Source of the DNA: Nemertoderma westbladi
Taxonomy: Eukaryota; Animalia; Xenacoelomorpha
NCBI GenBank assembly: GCA_032718475.1
Contig: JAUCBJ010002964.1
Coordinates: 5,551-69,550, forward strand
DNA length: 64,000 nt
Direction: 5' to 3'
The notes below the pieces were generated by a model. That model worked only from the letters and a program-made list of their open reading frames with translations, ran no database searches and was not told the DNA's origin. Both the position numbers and the translations under genes were made by a program. Position 1 is the first letter of the stretch, and every line of letters begins with the position of its first letter. This document shows positions 39,118 to 51,780 of the stretch, piece by piece.

Positions 39118-39662
39118 TGTTAGCTTATCCAATTCCGCTAACCAACCCATAAAGTAAGGTTTAAGCAATATTGGGGAACACGAGGGTAATCAATCAACCT
39201 CGTGTCACCCCAACAAAGTGGGAAGGAGAAACCCCAAAGAACATATGCACAATAGGGGTCAGGGGTTACACCCCTGAGAGAGAGAGAATAGCAGGGGCGA
39301 AGGGAAGCACTTCAGGGGAAGTAAAAGGGCGACAACAGGGTTATTAGCCAATGGGGGGAAGGCACCGGCTGAGTAATGTAACTCGGCCAACCGTATATCA
39401 TCAGTGATATATTATCAGTACAGCAATCATTTAGTCAGTGCATAGTTAGGTTAGTTTAGCTAGGGTAGTACCGGAACTTTAATTACCGTCACCCGTCTTC
39501 CGTTTATTACCAATATTATATCCTATATTCTGTGTCATATTATTTCATCTTATACTATTATACCCGGAGAACTATATACAACGATCAATAAACTCTTTCA
39601 CCTTTCACACACGGCGGGGACGCGTAGATTGAAAACCGGGATCCTCCGTGGATCCCGTCACA
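39118..39662 (+). mobile_element. Solo LTR of Bel/Pao family 1, inserted in the right arm of the foldback element
   Basis: TGTTAGC...GTCACA; TSD ACAGG (39113-39117, 39663-39667). Confidence 0.95.
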
Positions 39663-39986
39663 ACAGGCCATTTGCAAGGCACCCACAGTATATCTTTAAC
39701 CATAAATAGGGAACATGTATTCCAAATGCAATTATTTAGAATGGGAATTTCCACTGTACATATACCTCAACCAGCTCTTGTCCCAAATACGTTGCTCTGT
39801 CCAGTATAGGTTGTTATAATGAGCCCAGGATTCGTAGCTGACACTTGGATTATATATCAGTGGAATTTTCCATTAAGCTTTACATTATATAGCCAATAAG
39901 GGAGATGCCTAACTTTAGGAATGTTGGTATTGGTCCGATGACGAGGAGTTTGCTCATATGATGATTTGATTGGATGCCCCTATATT

Positions 39987-40356
39987 CAAACCCTTGCAAG
40001 GTTTAGGTGCTCGTCCCACAACTTAGAGATTGAAGTTGGTCGTTGGGATCACAGAGCTGTACAGGATCGGGTGTGTAAAATTTGTAACTTAGGGGAAGTA
40101 GAACATGAGTACCACTTTCTGCTTGTGTGTCCTGCTTACTCAAATATAAGGCAAACTTATTTACGGCAATATTACACTATAAACCCATCGGTATATAAGT
40201 TTAAGGCATTACTACGGCGCAAACCAGATTTAAAAAACTTAGCTTTATATCTGAGTAAAGCATTTGCCGTAAGGGAGCGATTGCTAGCAAGATTATAGTT
40301 AATGCGCAATTCAACAATAACATATACGTATGCTTGTTGTCGTTTAATAATAATAA
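39987..40356 (+). mobile_element. 3' fragment of a non-LTR retrotransposon (RTE-X-like C-terminal zinc-binding domain)
   Basis: LARFRCSSHNLEIEVGRW...RVCKIC...EHEYHFLLVCPAY; (TAA)n tail; TSD TATATT (39981-39986, 40357-40362); absent from the left foldback arm. Clade assignment is from memory. Confidence 0.8.
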
Positions 40357-41289
40357 TATATTGGACAGGTTGGAAATCATTACACAACGTATTTGGGACA
40401 GGTAGGAATAATAGAAAGCCCCATAGAAGTGAAGGGAAACACCCTATTCTGGACAATGATGTAGACACTACTCTGCAAGTACCGTATTCTGGCAGCTGGT
40501 ACATGTGGTATGCTGTGTACCGTACAGCCGTACTGCCGTACTATAGGCCAGTAGGGCAATAGGCTAACTAGCTAACTGCTTAACTGTGGGTTACCGCTGT
40601 ACTGTCTGACTGTGTACGATAGTAGTAGGCCTACTGTAGTACAGTAGTAGGGCTACAGTAGTAGTGTAGTAGTAGTAGCTGAGTACAGGAGTAGGCTAGA
40701 GTCATTGTATTGTAGAGTCATATAACAAACATTGTATTTTATTGAACTTCATAATTATTTATTTTATAGGCTATATTTTATATAGTGTTTTTATTATTGC
40801 ATTTATTGCTATTTTTTATTGTATTTTTCAGTTACTTTTAGCATTTCATTGGCGCCATTCCATTTTCATTACAATTTTGGTGCAAATAATATTGTCTGCC
40901 GCATAGAGCACAGGGACCCTTATGTAAACGAGGTGAAACCTCATAAGGCTATCCCTCCATTTTAATCCTCCATTTTAATCCATTTTAATTATCGCCTCCA
41001 CGCCTTTTATATTTATCTTATTACTTTATGATTTTACCATGTTACCATTAACTTCTTTAACTTTTTATTGATTTCTTTGTTGGTTAAATAATTTAAATAA
41101 TATGCGATCTCTAATTATTTTTGCTAGAAATTTGTGCTGTTTGTATATTTTGTGAATCGCTTCCAGTTCTATTTTGTGTTATATTAAAAATAAATATAAC
41201 ACACTACTTTTAAAGCACAAATTTCCTGATAATACCTGCCTTTCATCAATCCTGAGTGCGCCTTTGGGTTGGGGTGGTCCAGATTAAGA

Positions 41290-42020
41290 GGGAGGTTGAA
41301 GGGGGGGGGGGGGGGGGGGGGGCTAGCACCCCCCTATTTTGGAAATTGACAAAAACGTTTTTTATTCTATCATGTGCCGAATTTAATTGAGATTTCAAAT
41401 CTGCAATTCTCATATCTTTTCTCAAACTCAAGTTATTACCCAAAACGTAAGAGCTAGTCTGATTTTTGAAAAGCCTTCGAGCAGCACTATATTTTACAAT
41501 TGTACGGGGCCCTTTTCATAAAAAAAAAGGCTTTTTCTCCGCCAAGTTTAACTGAAATGAGTTGAAATCTGGTATACCTTTTAAGATTACCCTTCTCCAA
41601 ACTTCTTCTGAACAAATTTGGTTGGAAATGCCCTGGAGCCTTTTTATATCGAAAAGGCCCAAAAAAAGCCCTTTTTTGCGGCCTTTTTGTTCTAAAAAGG
41701 CTCCAGAGCATTTGAGGCAAAATTTGTTCAGAAGAATTGGATGCAGGGTTGTTCTGAACCTATATTCTAAATTTCGACAAATTTTAACAAATATTAGTTG
41801 AGAAAATGCCCTTGGCGCAAAAAGGCACTTTTGGCCATTACGGAGCCATTTTGAGGCCAATTTTAAAAATATTTGGTTTGTTTATTCTCACACAGTCCAG
41901 ACGATGTTTAGTAGCACAATAAATAATTTTGACCCAATTGTATGGTCCAGAGACACAAAAATGTGGGGATCAATTTGGGGGTGCTACCCCCCCCCCCCCC
42001 CCCACCACTGCACCCCCCTT
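41290..42020. mobile_element. Possible degenerate MITE with poly-G/poly-C inverted ends
   Basis: GGGG-GCTAGCACCCCC near 41320 and GGGGGTGCTAC-CCCC near 41977 are inverted counterparts; no TSD found. Confidence 0.35.
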
Positions 42021-42230
42021 AATTGTGTTTGGTTAAATTTCTTAAATACCGAGTTTATGATACAGTAGAGTCGCTCAATATTAATCTTTATCTCATAACC
42101 AAGCCTTTGGACACGTTCATAGATTGTGGCCACCCTGGATCTAGAATATTAGCTGCTGCCTTAATCCCAGGTGGGATTCTGAGTTTTATTAATAGGCAAC
42201 ACAAATAAGTCTTTTAATCTTTTTCTCAAC

Positions 42231-43533
42231 TACTACTAGGATCGGCATGCTGCATTGCAGCTGCATTTTTAAGAATGCTGTGCCGGCTTGTCAACAAAAT
42301 TGCACCGTCACAACTCCCTATCACCCATGACATTTGCTAGATCATCCGCATCTTTAAGGTCAGTGTCCTTTAAGATGCGTCTCAAGAAAGTTATGGGCTG
42401 TCCACCATGCTTATTCACTCCATGAGGCTGCCAAAGTACAAGATTATGCACTGGCTGGTCCTCACGGCGAAAGCAATGTCCTGCAAAGCGGAGGCAAATT
42501 TGTTCTAGTGTCAAGCTTGGGGGAACCAATGAGACACCTCCAATGTTATAGAGTGTCTGGTTGGAGATGTGTGCATTGTACTTGACACAATGAACCCGGC
42601 GTAGCATTCTTGTGAATGTGCCATCCAGAGATTTGGTGTCCTCAGCAGTTAGAGCCCAGCATGGACTCCCGTAGAGGAGTACTGGAACTACTGCTGCTCT
42701 AAATAATCGGACCTTAAGTTTCCGATTAATTCTAGGTGACTTCCAAATCCTGGAAAGCCTATTCAAGGCTGCCCATGCCTTTCCCTTACGTATTCGAAGG
42801 TCCTCACCTGACTTCCGGATCCATGATCCAAGGTAACAGAAGTCGTCCACATGCTCAAGCATACCATCCTTTGAGCTTATGCTCATCCGATCAGAGACTT
42901 GCTGAGGACTTTCAAAGTTAACTGTCAGAATTTTGGTCTTTCTGGAGTTAATAAAAAGACCAACACTAGAAGCAGCATGTTCTAATGAGCTAAGGAGCCG
43001 TTGGGCTCCCTCTAATGATTCTGAGAGTACTCCTAAGTCATCAGCAAAGTCTAGATCAGTTAGGTACTTGGCAAGATTTCCTCGACTTCTGGAGCCAGTA
43101 GGTGGAGTTATCATCACCCCATCATCATTATGATGATCTAAGGACATGCGTAGAACATAGTCAACCACAATAATGAACAAAAATGGTGCAAGTGTGTCTC
43201 CTTGGAGGACGCCCCATAACACTTCAAATGGTTCTGTGTCACCGTCAACAGTAGACACAAATGTTGTCGAACCATCGTATACTGATCTGATTGCTGCAAT
43301 AATTTCATCAGGAATCCCATATAATGAAAGTATGCTGAACATACGTGACCGAGAGACTGAATCAAAGGCCTTGAAGAAGTCAACAAAGATAACAGCCAGA
43401 TGCCTGTCTTTCTTTTTTGATAATTCTTTTTTAATTTAATAATTTTTATCCTTCTAAGTGCCAAAATGGGCTCCATGGTCCCACGACCTTTACGGAACCC
43501 ATTCCGATTTCCACGGAGCAGTCTCTCAATGGG
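42231..43533 (-). mobile_element. RTE copy 3, 3' part (split by element 2; 5' part at 60811-61044)
   Basis: ORF 42308-43342 is near-identical to the RT C-terminal half; same flanks and same indel as copy 2. Confidence 0.93.
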
Positions 43534-44676
43534 TGTAAAGGCTTTTGCGGAATTGGCCGGTTATTTCCCCCGTAAAGTACTCTGTAGTTGGTTTAACAGG
43601 CATAAAAGGCCGTGTCCTTACTGTACTGGTGTTTTAGAGGACATAAAAGCCATTTCTTCTGTATGTGTACTTTAGCGGACATAATTAGCAATTCTATGAC
43701 GCAATACGCCAGATCCTCTTGAAACAGTGTAGCTACCATGACGACGGCTAACAGCTGATGCTGTACACGTGGAGCTTTTTCTTTGTTCTCTGTTCCTTCT
43801 TTGTTCGGTCGACCAATCAGAGCGTTTTTTGCCTCTGTGTTGGAGATTGTATATAGAAACTCATGGAGTTGAGTCAGTATGTGATTTTGTCCACAGCCTA
43901 GAACACCGGCTTTGGAACCTCCGTGTTTCAGTCTTTAGCCCAACATTAGTAGGCTTAATTATAGAACGTATATCTGTTATCAAATCGATCATATCAATTT
44001 ATATCTTAACATTTTACTGCTATTTACTGTCGGTTATTCATTATATTTGTTGATGGAATATTATATTTGGAATACTGATAAATAATCAGACACCCCAATC
44101 TTCTTGATATACTAAAGGTTAGAGAGACCGGTTACATATAACGATTGCGACTTACATTAAGTGGTTTGAAGTGAATCTAATGCTATTTCATAAGCCCTAC
44201 ATGTATTGTCTGTTGTTCTCTTTATATGTGACTAAATTTAGTGAAGGTCGGCAGATTAGTGTGCAGCATTGTGCAGTATTGTGTATGATTGTGACTGATA
44301 ACAAAGCATCTCCTAAAGAATGCGCCATATACGTGAATCTATAGCCATCCCGTTGTGTCTAGTTTAAGTCATAACTCTGTTTACATATTTAGAGCGCCAC
44401 GTCCTAAAGGAACTGTTAATATTTCCCGAAAGTGAATAATATTTGTCAGAGATTATATATTACGATCAGTCGAATAATACAGTAGGCCTACCCCGCAATA
44501 CGGTTAGGCTTCCGAATCCAGTCTCCCGGGTATATCCAGCGGGTGAATGATCGCGCATAGACTGGCTTCGGCTAATGTAGTGTATCAAATACTTGTCATA
44601 GGCTAAAGACGATCTATTATCTAAAAGACATCCCAATTTGGCAGGTTAAACTGCTAAAGGTCTGAAAGCGCGAACA
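43534..44676 (+). repeat. 5' LTR of element 2, with CCAAT (43813-43817), TATA-like (43850-43858) and Inr-like TCAGT (43874-43878)
   Basis: Identity to 59663-60805; TG...CA ends; promoter motifs identified by consensus only. Confidence 0.96.
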
Positions 44677-44735
44677 ATAACAGATATTGCTTCTGTATTG
44701 CAGTAGGCAATAACGCTGAAGTACCGGACAACCGG
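44677..44735 (+). other. Non-canonical primer-binding region of element 2, complementary to its own LTR
   Basis: ATAACAGATAT (44677-44687) is the exact reverse complement of ATATCTGTTAT (43970-43980); further helices extend to ~43906/44735; no TGG. Confidence 0.78.
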
Positions 44736-44955
44736 TACCTAGTAGGCCTGACTACTTAACCACCCGGACCGGTACCTCTACAGCAGTACAGGTACAGCAG
44801 TATTATTTGATTGTGAAATTGTATACCGGTAGGCTGTTTAAGAGATTAGGGACTGTACACCCCTTGTTTCTTTTGGAGCTTACTTATTTCTGTCAGTTTT
44901 ATTTATTTGTAGGCCAATATTGAGCAGAAGACGTGTAAGCCTGCCCAGATTATAC

Positions 44956-45527
44956 AGATAATTTGTAGGCTGGACTGTTGTCTGACTGTTGTTAGGTCTG
45001 AAGGGACTGTAGTGTGTGTAGAGCGTATATCCGAAAAAGTACTAGTTAGGAAAGTAGGGGCTGCCAGTGCTGTGAGGTGAACCCCCTCGAAAGAATAAGT
45101 CGTACTACTCGGTTAGAACGCATACTAACTAACCATTTCGGAGTCTGCATATACTGTAGTTTATTTAGGCTTGATAGTAGTCTGCCAGCGTTTGGTCTGT
45201 ATTTTGTTTGTGTAGTTTGTACGGGTAGCGTAATATTTCTTACTTAGATAATTTGTAGGCTGCATTTTGTCTGGCTGTTGTTAGGTCTGAAGAGATTTCG
45301 GTGTGTGTAGAGTGTATGTCCGATAAAGTGCCAGTTGGGAACGTAGGGGCTTCCAGAGCTGTGAGGTAAACCCCCTCGAAAGAATAAGTCGTACTACTCG
45401 GTTAGAACGCATACTAACTAACCATTTCGGAGTCTGCATATACCGTAGTTTGTTTAGGCTTGATAGTAGTCTGTCAGTATTTGGTCTGCATTTTGTTTGA
45501 GTAGTCTGTACGCGTAGCGTAATATTT
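44956..45527 (+). repeat. Two tandem ~285-bp repeats in the 2.2-kb leader of element 2
   Basis: 44956-45238 versus 45246-45527; central ~70 bp identical; another duplication at ~46481-46712. Confidence 0.88.
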
Positions 45528-46883
45528 ATTATTCAGAGTTTATGCGATTATTCGCAACATTCATATCCCCAAGTTTATTTCTACAGTAATTGTGCTTGTT
45601 ATATATACCGTTATAGTTAAACTAACCCCGGTACTACATCAGGGCTGCTTGGCGTAGGTAAAGACTGGTGATTTTGTGCCCCGGTCACTCCAGCAGATAC
45701 CGTGGTTCTTTTAGCTGTTCAAGTATTTTTAACTACTGATTATTTGTTGTATAAGTACTTGTACCTAATTTAGGGTTTAGTGTACAGTACTTTCCGAAGG
45801 TGATTAGTGTGTAGGCAGTATATTTGTGTTGTAAAGTGGTTAATAGGCACGTTGGTTCTGGTAGACCGCGGTAATTAACTTCTAGGTAGGAACACTCCGT
45901 GATACATAACGTAGTACTTATAGCAATACGGCTATAAGTCGTCAGATGGTGGTATTTTTCTATCTGGACAACGCAGTATATTTACTACTACTTATTATTT
46001 TCAAATACCGTAGTACCCTGTCTGTTTGTAATCACCAGATATTCTAACCCTTTGTTAGGCTGGTTTGTAGACTTCTTGTAAAATTACCCTAAAAATTCGT
46101 ACTTGTAATTTTTGTGTTTATTTAGAGATTGTAATCTCACCCCGAATTGTATGTAATTTGTAGTATTAAGTAACTTAGTTAAATTATAATTATTTGTTTT
46201 AGTGTCCAACAAGTAGCACTTCACTGAGAGCACAGCTTCTGTGTAGTGACTCCCCCAGAAATAATAACATTTATTTCAAATATTGACAAAACCCATTTTA
46301 ACGGGTATATATATTATAAATCAACTCAAACCGATTTATAAAATAGTAGGCCTGCCATACAACAATTAGGTCTAAATATCAGTTGGACTACTGCTTAAAT
46401 AACGGTAATCGAGTAAAGCAAAGTAACCAAGCAAGTAACCCCTAAAATTTCAGAAATTCAATTATTCTAAAAATAATTGATATACCGGTATTCACGATAG
46501 GCCTATTATATATTTATAGTTTTAGGCTGAAATTATACCGGTATTCTGTAATTAATTCTAGTCCATAATTATACTTATATATACTATAAGTGTAAGCTGT
46601 ATACCGGTATTCACGATAGGCCTATTATATATTTATATATACTGGTGCTGGAAAAACATACCGGTATTCTGTGACAAACCTAGTCTGTAATAATACTTAT
46701 ATATACTATAAGCATACCGGTATTCTAATATATTATATATATATATCAAGTTACATTAGTGACGATATCAAGTTACATTAGTGACGATATCGGTAATTAA
46801 TTACTAGGCTATCAGTTGATACTGAATTACTAGACTTGCTTTAACTGTAATATAGCAGTAGGCATTCAACTGTACAAACAAAC

Positions 46884-49800
46884 ATGTCTGACAAAAGCCG
46901 AACCTGTCAGATAGTCTCCTAGATACAACCATCTGTGACCCAGACAGGAGTGTGGAACGTGAGAGACCGAAGTTCAATTCACCTCCTACTGTAAGAAAGA
47001 TCATCCCTCCAGTAGTAATATCAGACCCTAGGCTAGTCCAACATCGTAGGTCTATCATAGGCACTCGAGCTCAGGTCAAGCGGGACCAAGAAGCAGCAGA
47101 ACAGCAACTACCCGCGAGCCGAGAACTTATTTCCCAGCGGCCCGGCAGCTCCAGTAGTGAGGATACTGTGGAGCTGACACCCGAGCGCGGAGCAAAGATG
47201 ACAGATGCGGTTTATTCGGATCCCCTTCTCATCCTTCCTGCAGCCGTACTCACTAGGGTATTGATTGCGGTGGAAGAACACCAGATTGATTGGGCGAGAA
47301 GTAAGCGGTCGACTAAAGATAGTTATGCGGGATACACAAGGGAAGAACTGAAGTCTATTGTCGAGTCGCAATGGAACTTCCCTGGACCCGGACTACCTTT
47401 CGACTTATCAGAAGCTGCCTGGGAAGACATACACAGGATGGGAGTAATAAAAGAAACCATCGATCCAGCTGTGTGGAAGAGGTCAGCAGCAGGATACGTA
47501 CAGGGATTCTTCAGCTCTATGGAGCGATTAAAAGAACAACTGTTTCAACAACCCCAAGGATCTCAAGAGCAGGGACAGCTGCTTTATCAAGTTAGAGAAA
47601 GAATTCTACGAATCAGGCTAATCTTATCGGCCTTTGAGGAGGCTTCTAAAAGAAGACAAGACACGTCGTTGCAAGTTGCCGTAAAGACTTGGTTTCAACG
47701 GGTGAGTCTCCAGGTTCAAGGAACGGCTCAGTGGAAAGCTCAGCTGGAGGAGCGCTCAACCCATGGAGAATCAACAGACGCTACTTTTTCCCAAGTGGAA
47801 AGTGAAGCGACGGCAGAGAAACCGCATAAGAGGGATGCCATTGACATCTATCTGTCAGACTATCAACGCTTTGTAGGAGACGAAGAGTTGAGGAGACGGC
47901 TGGATGGACTTAGCCCTAATAGTGAAGGAGCCAAGCTTGTGTTGGACGCAATCGATGTGGATAGGTTAGCTGCGAACCAAGCTAAATTCAATGAAAGCAT
48001 CCGCATCACTAAGGTTCAAGAAGAACAAGTAAAGAAAAAACGTATAGAAGACAGAAAGACAGCGGCAGTGGCAGCAGCAGTGGCAGCGGCAGAAGCGGAA
48101 AGAAAAGCGGCAGCGGCAACGGCAGAGGCAGAAGCGGAAAGAAAAGCGGCAGTGGCAGTGGCCGAAGCGGAAAGAAAAGCGGCATTGGCAGCGGCAGAGG
48201 CAGTGGCAGAGGCAGAACGGAGAGCGTCTGAAGAGACAACCCAACTAGAGTTGGAAAATCTTCAAGAGAGGCAAGACAACTTCAATAAACAGTTAACAGC
48301 TAGTAATATGCAGATGATGAGTCGATCTACTCCCAAAAGACAGGGATATACATCATCTGAGGAAGGCGATACCACCGATACTGAAAGCGGAGGAAATAGA
48401 TCTCGTCTAAGCAGACGTAGAAGAATATCCCACCGCCAGAAACTGCCTGATTTGCCCCCAGCTGTTAGAAAGCAACTAAATAACACAAACTTAGGTAGTA
48501 CAGAACCCACAGACCAAATAATTGAAATAGAAAGACTCCCTACTATAGTAGATGAGCCTGAAATAATTAGGCCTGTTCCCGAAGCCACCCCTTCGGTGAT
48601 AGAGACACCTGTACTCCCTGAACCTACCTCTAAATTCCCTCTGCACAGCACTAAGTTATCTGTGCCACACAGAACCACCCTTGAAAATGCTCATGTCCTG
48701 GACTCCGAGCGAAATATTAATGATTTATCGCCCGTTGTCCCTCGTCAGCCCGTTACAACGTTGGCGGCTCCCGCTTCGGTGGTCGAGTGGGTGGATGAGA
48801 GACGACGGGGGATGGATCTCCTGCTCGGGCAGATGCAGGAGACTGTTCAGCAATTCAAGGGCACAGTAAGGGAAAGTAGGTTAGAGTTGCAAGAAGTGCA
48901 GCAAAGCATCGCGTTAGAACGCGATAAATTAGTAAATACACAAAGAGGTATACCACCACCCCCTGTAACAATGTGTCAACCTGTTAGGTCTGAAGTATCT
49001 CATGCGCAAGGTGTGGAGCCTACACGCATATATACTGCTAGCGAAGTAGAAACTCCTATAGTAAACCCTATAAAGGGTAATTATAGACCTGTTGATAATG
49101 ATATTCCCTATAGACCTGATCATAATCCGAGAAATTTATATACCGATAACTCGATATTAAATAACACGATGGCCCAAGAAAGTTTTACGCGTCAAATGGC
49201 TAGAACCGAAGCCCGTCAAGCGGTAAAGGTGGGAGAGATAGTCAAGTTCAATGGAGATGAGATGAAATGGTTACCTTTTAATGAATATTATAAAGATAAC
49301 ATACAGAACTCTGTACTATCTAATGGAGAGAAACTTACATTCCTCATCGAGTGCTTGGAAGGATCTCCCAAGTTAATGGCGTTAAAGTTTATTGGACATC
49401 CAGATGGATTAAGACAAGTTTGGGATACACTAAACATCAGGTATGGTAATAGGAATAACATAGCTAAATATTTATACGCAAAATTAGTAGCGCCCCGAAA
49501 GTTCATTAGCAGCGGGATAATAGAGTTTTCCGATGAGATTCAAGAGATCTGTAGACAATTAGATTGGTTAGGTAAGTCTCATGAATATCAGAGTTCTATG
49601 GTCATTGGAGCCGTGGCTTCTACTTTACCGAAGGGTGGAGTAGGTACACGCTGGGATAAGAAAGTGTTATATATGATGGAACAACAACGACGAGACCCTA
49701 CCATGGCTGATCTCATGTCATTCTTAGATGGAGAAGTGAAATTACAGCTCCTAAAACAGTCCAGAGAGAAGACACCGGAAAACAAGGTAAGTGAGAAACC

Positions 49801-51780
49801 CGTTTCTAGGAGAAAGGTAACACCAGTGTGTTATACAGACGACGGCGAAAGCCAGACTTCTCAAGGAGAGGATAGCGGGAAAGACACTGAAAGATCTTAT
49901 TATGTCAATAAAATGCCTAAAGAACAGGTAAGTAAATTCAAGTCTCGAACCAATGACAGGAGAGAACAGGTAAGAAAAACTCCTCCTACGTCTCCTAAGA
50001 GAATTCAGGTGAGAAAGCCTGAAGAAAGAACGAGTGTGCACAATGTTATTCAAAATAAGGTAAGTAACATCAAACCGAAATGTGCGCTATATGACGGGAC
50101 CCACCGTTTGAATATGTGTGATGAATTCCTGAAGAAATCATTAACGGAGAGACGGGAAGTCATGTGGGATAAGCGGTTGTGTTATAATTGCCTCAGACAA
50201 GGACACCATCGGCGAACCTGTTACTCCGACATAAGGTGTGCAAAGTGTGGTGCGAAACATCATATCTTGTTGCACACTGAATTTGAGCGAAACAGCCAGA
50301 GTCAGGTAAGTGATTCCGAACTACATGTCCAATTCAGTGATGTGAACGACACTGACCAAAGTTCTGAGATGGAAGGATTCTATACAGATGAATTCTCCGA
50401 CGAAAATGAATCCTGTTACATGATAAATACCGCAGTGTATCGAGCACTTACGTATGAAAAAGACACGGACAGCGACCTCACCCTAACTACTTCTGATCGA
50501 CAACCATCTTGGAAAGCGCCACCTTCCAATGTAGGAATCCGAGAATTTCCTGTAGTACAGGTAAGGGTCCATGGACCTAAAAGGAGTTATGTAGTGAACG
50601 CCCTCCTTGACTCCGGTAGTACAGGAACATTCATCGACAAAGAACTAGCCAAAGACATCTTTGCTGGACAACCCAAGTTCCGAACTAAGCTAAACATGTC
50701 AGGAATTATGCAGGTTTGGAAATCTACAGTAATAGCGGATTATTATGTAGGTGCGTTGTCCACCCCCCAGGATGAACTAGGAGAACATAGTATAAGGTCA
50801 GTAAAAATGGTGGCGATAAAGAACTTCGCTACCACCCAAGTGGAACCTTATAACTGGGATGAGGACGATTTCACCCAGCAGCTGGAAATACCTAGATTCA
50901 ACACCGATTACCCTGGAGTGCAAATACTCATCGGTCAAAACGCGCATGAAGCGCTCGAGACATTGGAGAAACGGCCTGCTCAACCGCAACCACTACAAGC
51001 TTATGCGGGAAGAACTAGAGTGGGTTGGTACTTTACTGGCCCTTCCCGTAGAACTCTCATGGAAAGATTACCGAAAGACCAGGTATATCAGGTAAGAGAA
51101 TGGGAAGTCGAGAGCAGTGAGTTAGACGATCCAACTGAGGGAACACCATACTCCTCAGATAATGACGATGTCCACCAACTTTTCGATGAGGAGAATACCA
51201 TTGATCTCCTTAAGGAAAATGAGACTTGGCAAAACCAAGTGAACTTATGTCAGCTCCTTCTTCCATCAGAACGAGACGACTATAACGACGAACTTAATGA
51301 CGTCATTGAACGTTATAATGCCAAGACTCGGGATGAACACGCCGTACGATTCTTTACTCAAGAGGCTGTAGAGCCCAATTCCTACGATAAGGCCCTATCG
51401 GTAGAGGAAGAAAGAGCCAAGCAGATCCAAGAGACAACTACACGTTTTCTTAAAGATCAAGGTAGATATGAGATCGGTCTACCTTTCCGAAAGCGAGAAC
51501 CAAAGTTCGTAAACAACAAACCCTTGGCGGAGAAAAGAATTGCTCAACTACATCAACGCCTTACGGCAAATTCTTCAGCTAAAGAAATGTATCAAACGCA
51601 GTTGAAGAAATTTATTAGCAAGGGATATGCGGAGCTAGTACCGGAAGAAACACCTATAACTGAGAGAACGTATTATTTAACTCACCATTACGTTCCCAAA
51701 CCCGGTAAACCCCATGAAGTACGAGTGGTGTTTGACGGCTCCGCCCTCTATATGGGCCAATCCCTTAATTCCGAATTGTT
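46884..51780 (+). CDS. gag: Gag-protease part of the element 2 polyprotein (track ORF 46952..51898)
   Basis: KFNGDEMKW, L..RYG, CALYDGTHRLNMC / CYNCLRQGHHRRTC / CAKCGAKHHILLH (Bel/Pao triple knuckle), ALLDSGS (PR), YYLTHH, RVVFDGS. The ATG at 46884 joins the frame if one A is added to the A-run at 46893-46896. Confidence 0.9.

Larger units (their letters stand above)
34091..40470. mobile_element. Foldback-like element, ~6.4 kb: inverted ~700-bp outer arms enclosing inverted satellite arrays with no spacer
   Basis: 34091-34800 is the reverse complement of ~38830-40470 once two nested insertions are removed; the satellite flips orientation at 37653/37654; no TSD identified. Confidence 0.8.
29311..42103. 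repeat. Tandem segmental duplication, unit A (unit B starts at 42104 and runs beyond the window)
   Basis: 29311 onward matches 42104-43533 plus 60811-64000 in the same order (flank, RTE, unique DNA, foldback arm, satellite). Alignment is visible only up to ~36200 of unit A; the right end of A is inferred from the start of B. Confidence 0.85.

Noticed and set aside
43769-44053. 94-aa ORF repeated at 59898-60182, and antisense 59801-60121
   Set aside because: Within the LTR, GTG start upstream of the predicted TSS, no recognisable domain.
44677-44695. Canonical tRNA primer-binding site for either LTR element
   Set aside because: No TGG within the first bases after either 5' LTR; only weak 6-8 nt matches to tRNA anticodon loops (Asn, Lys) recalled from memory, shorter than the self-complementary match.
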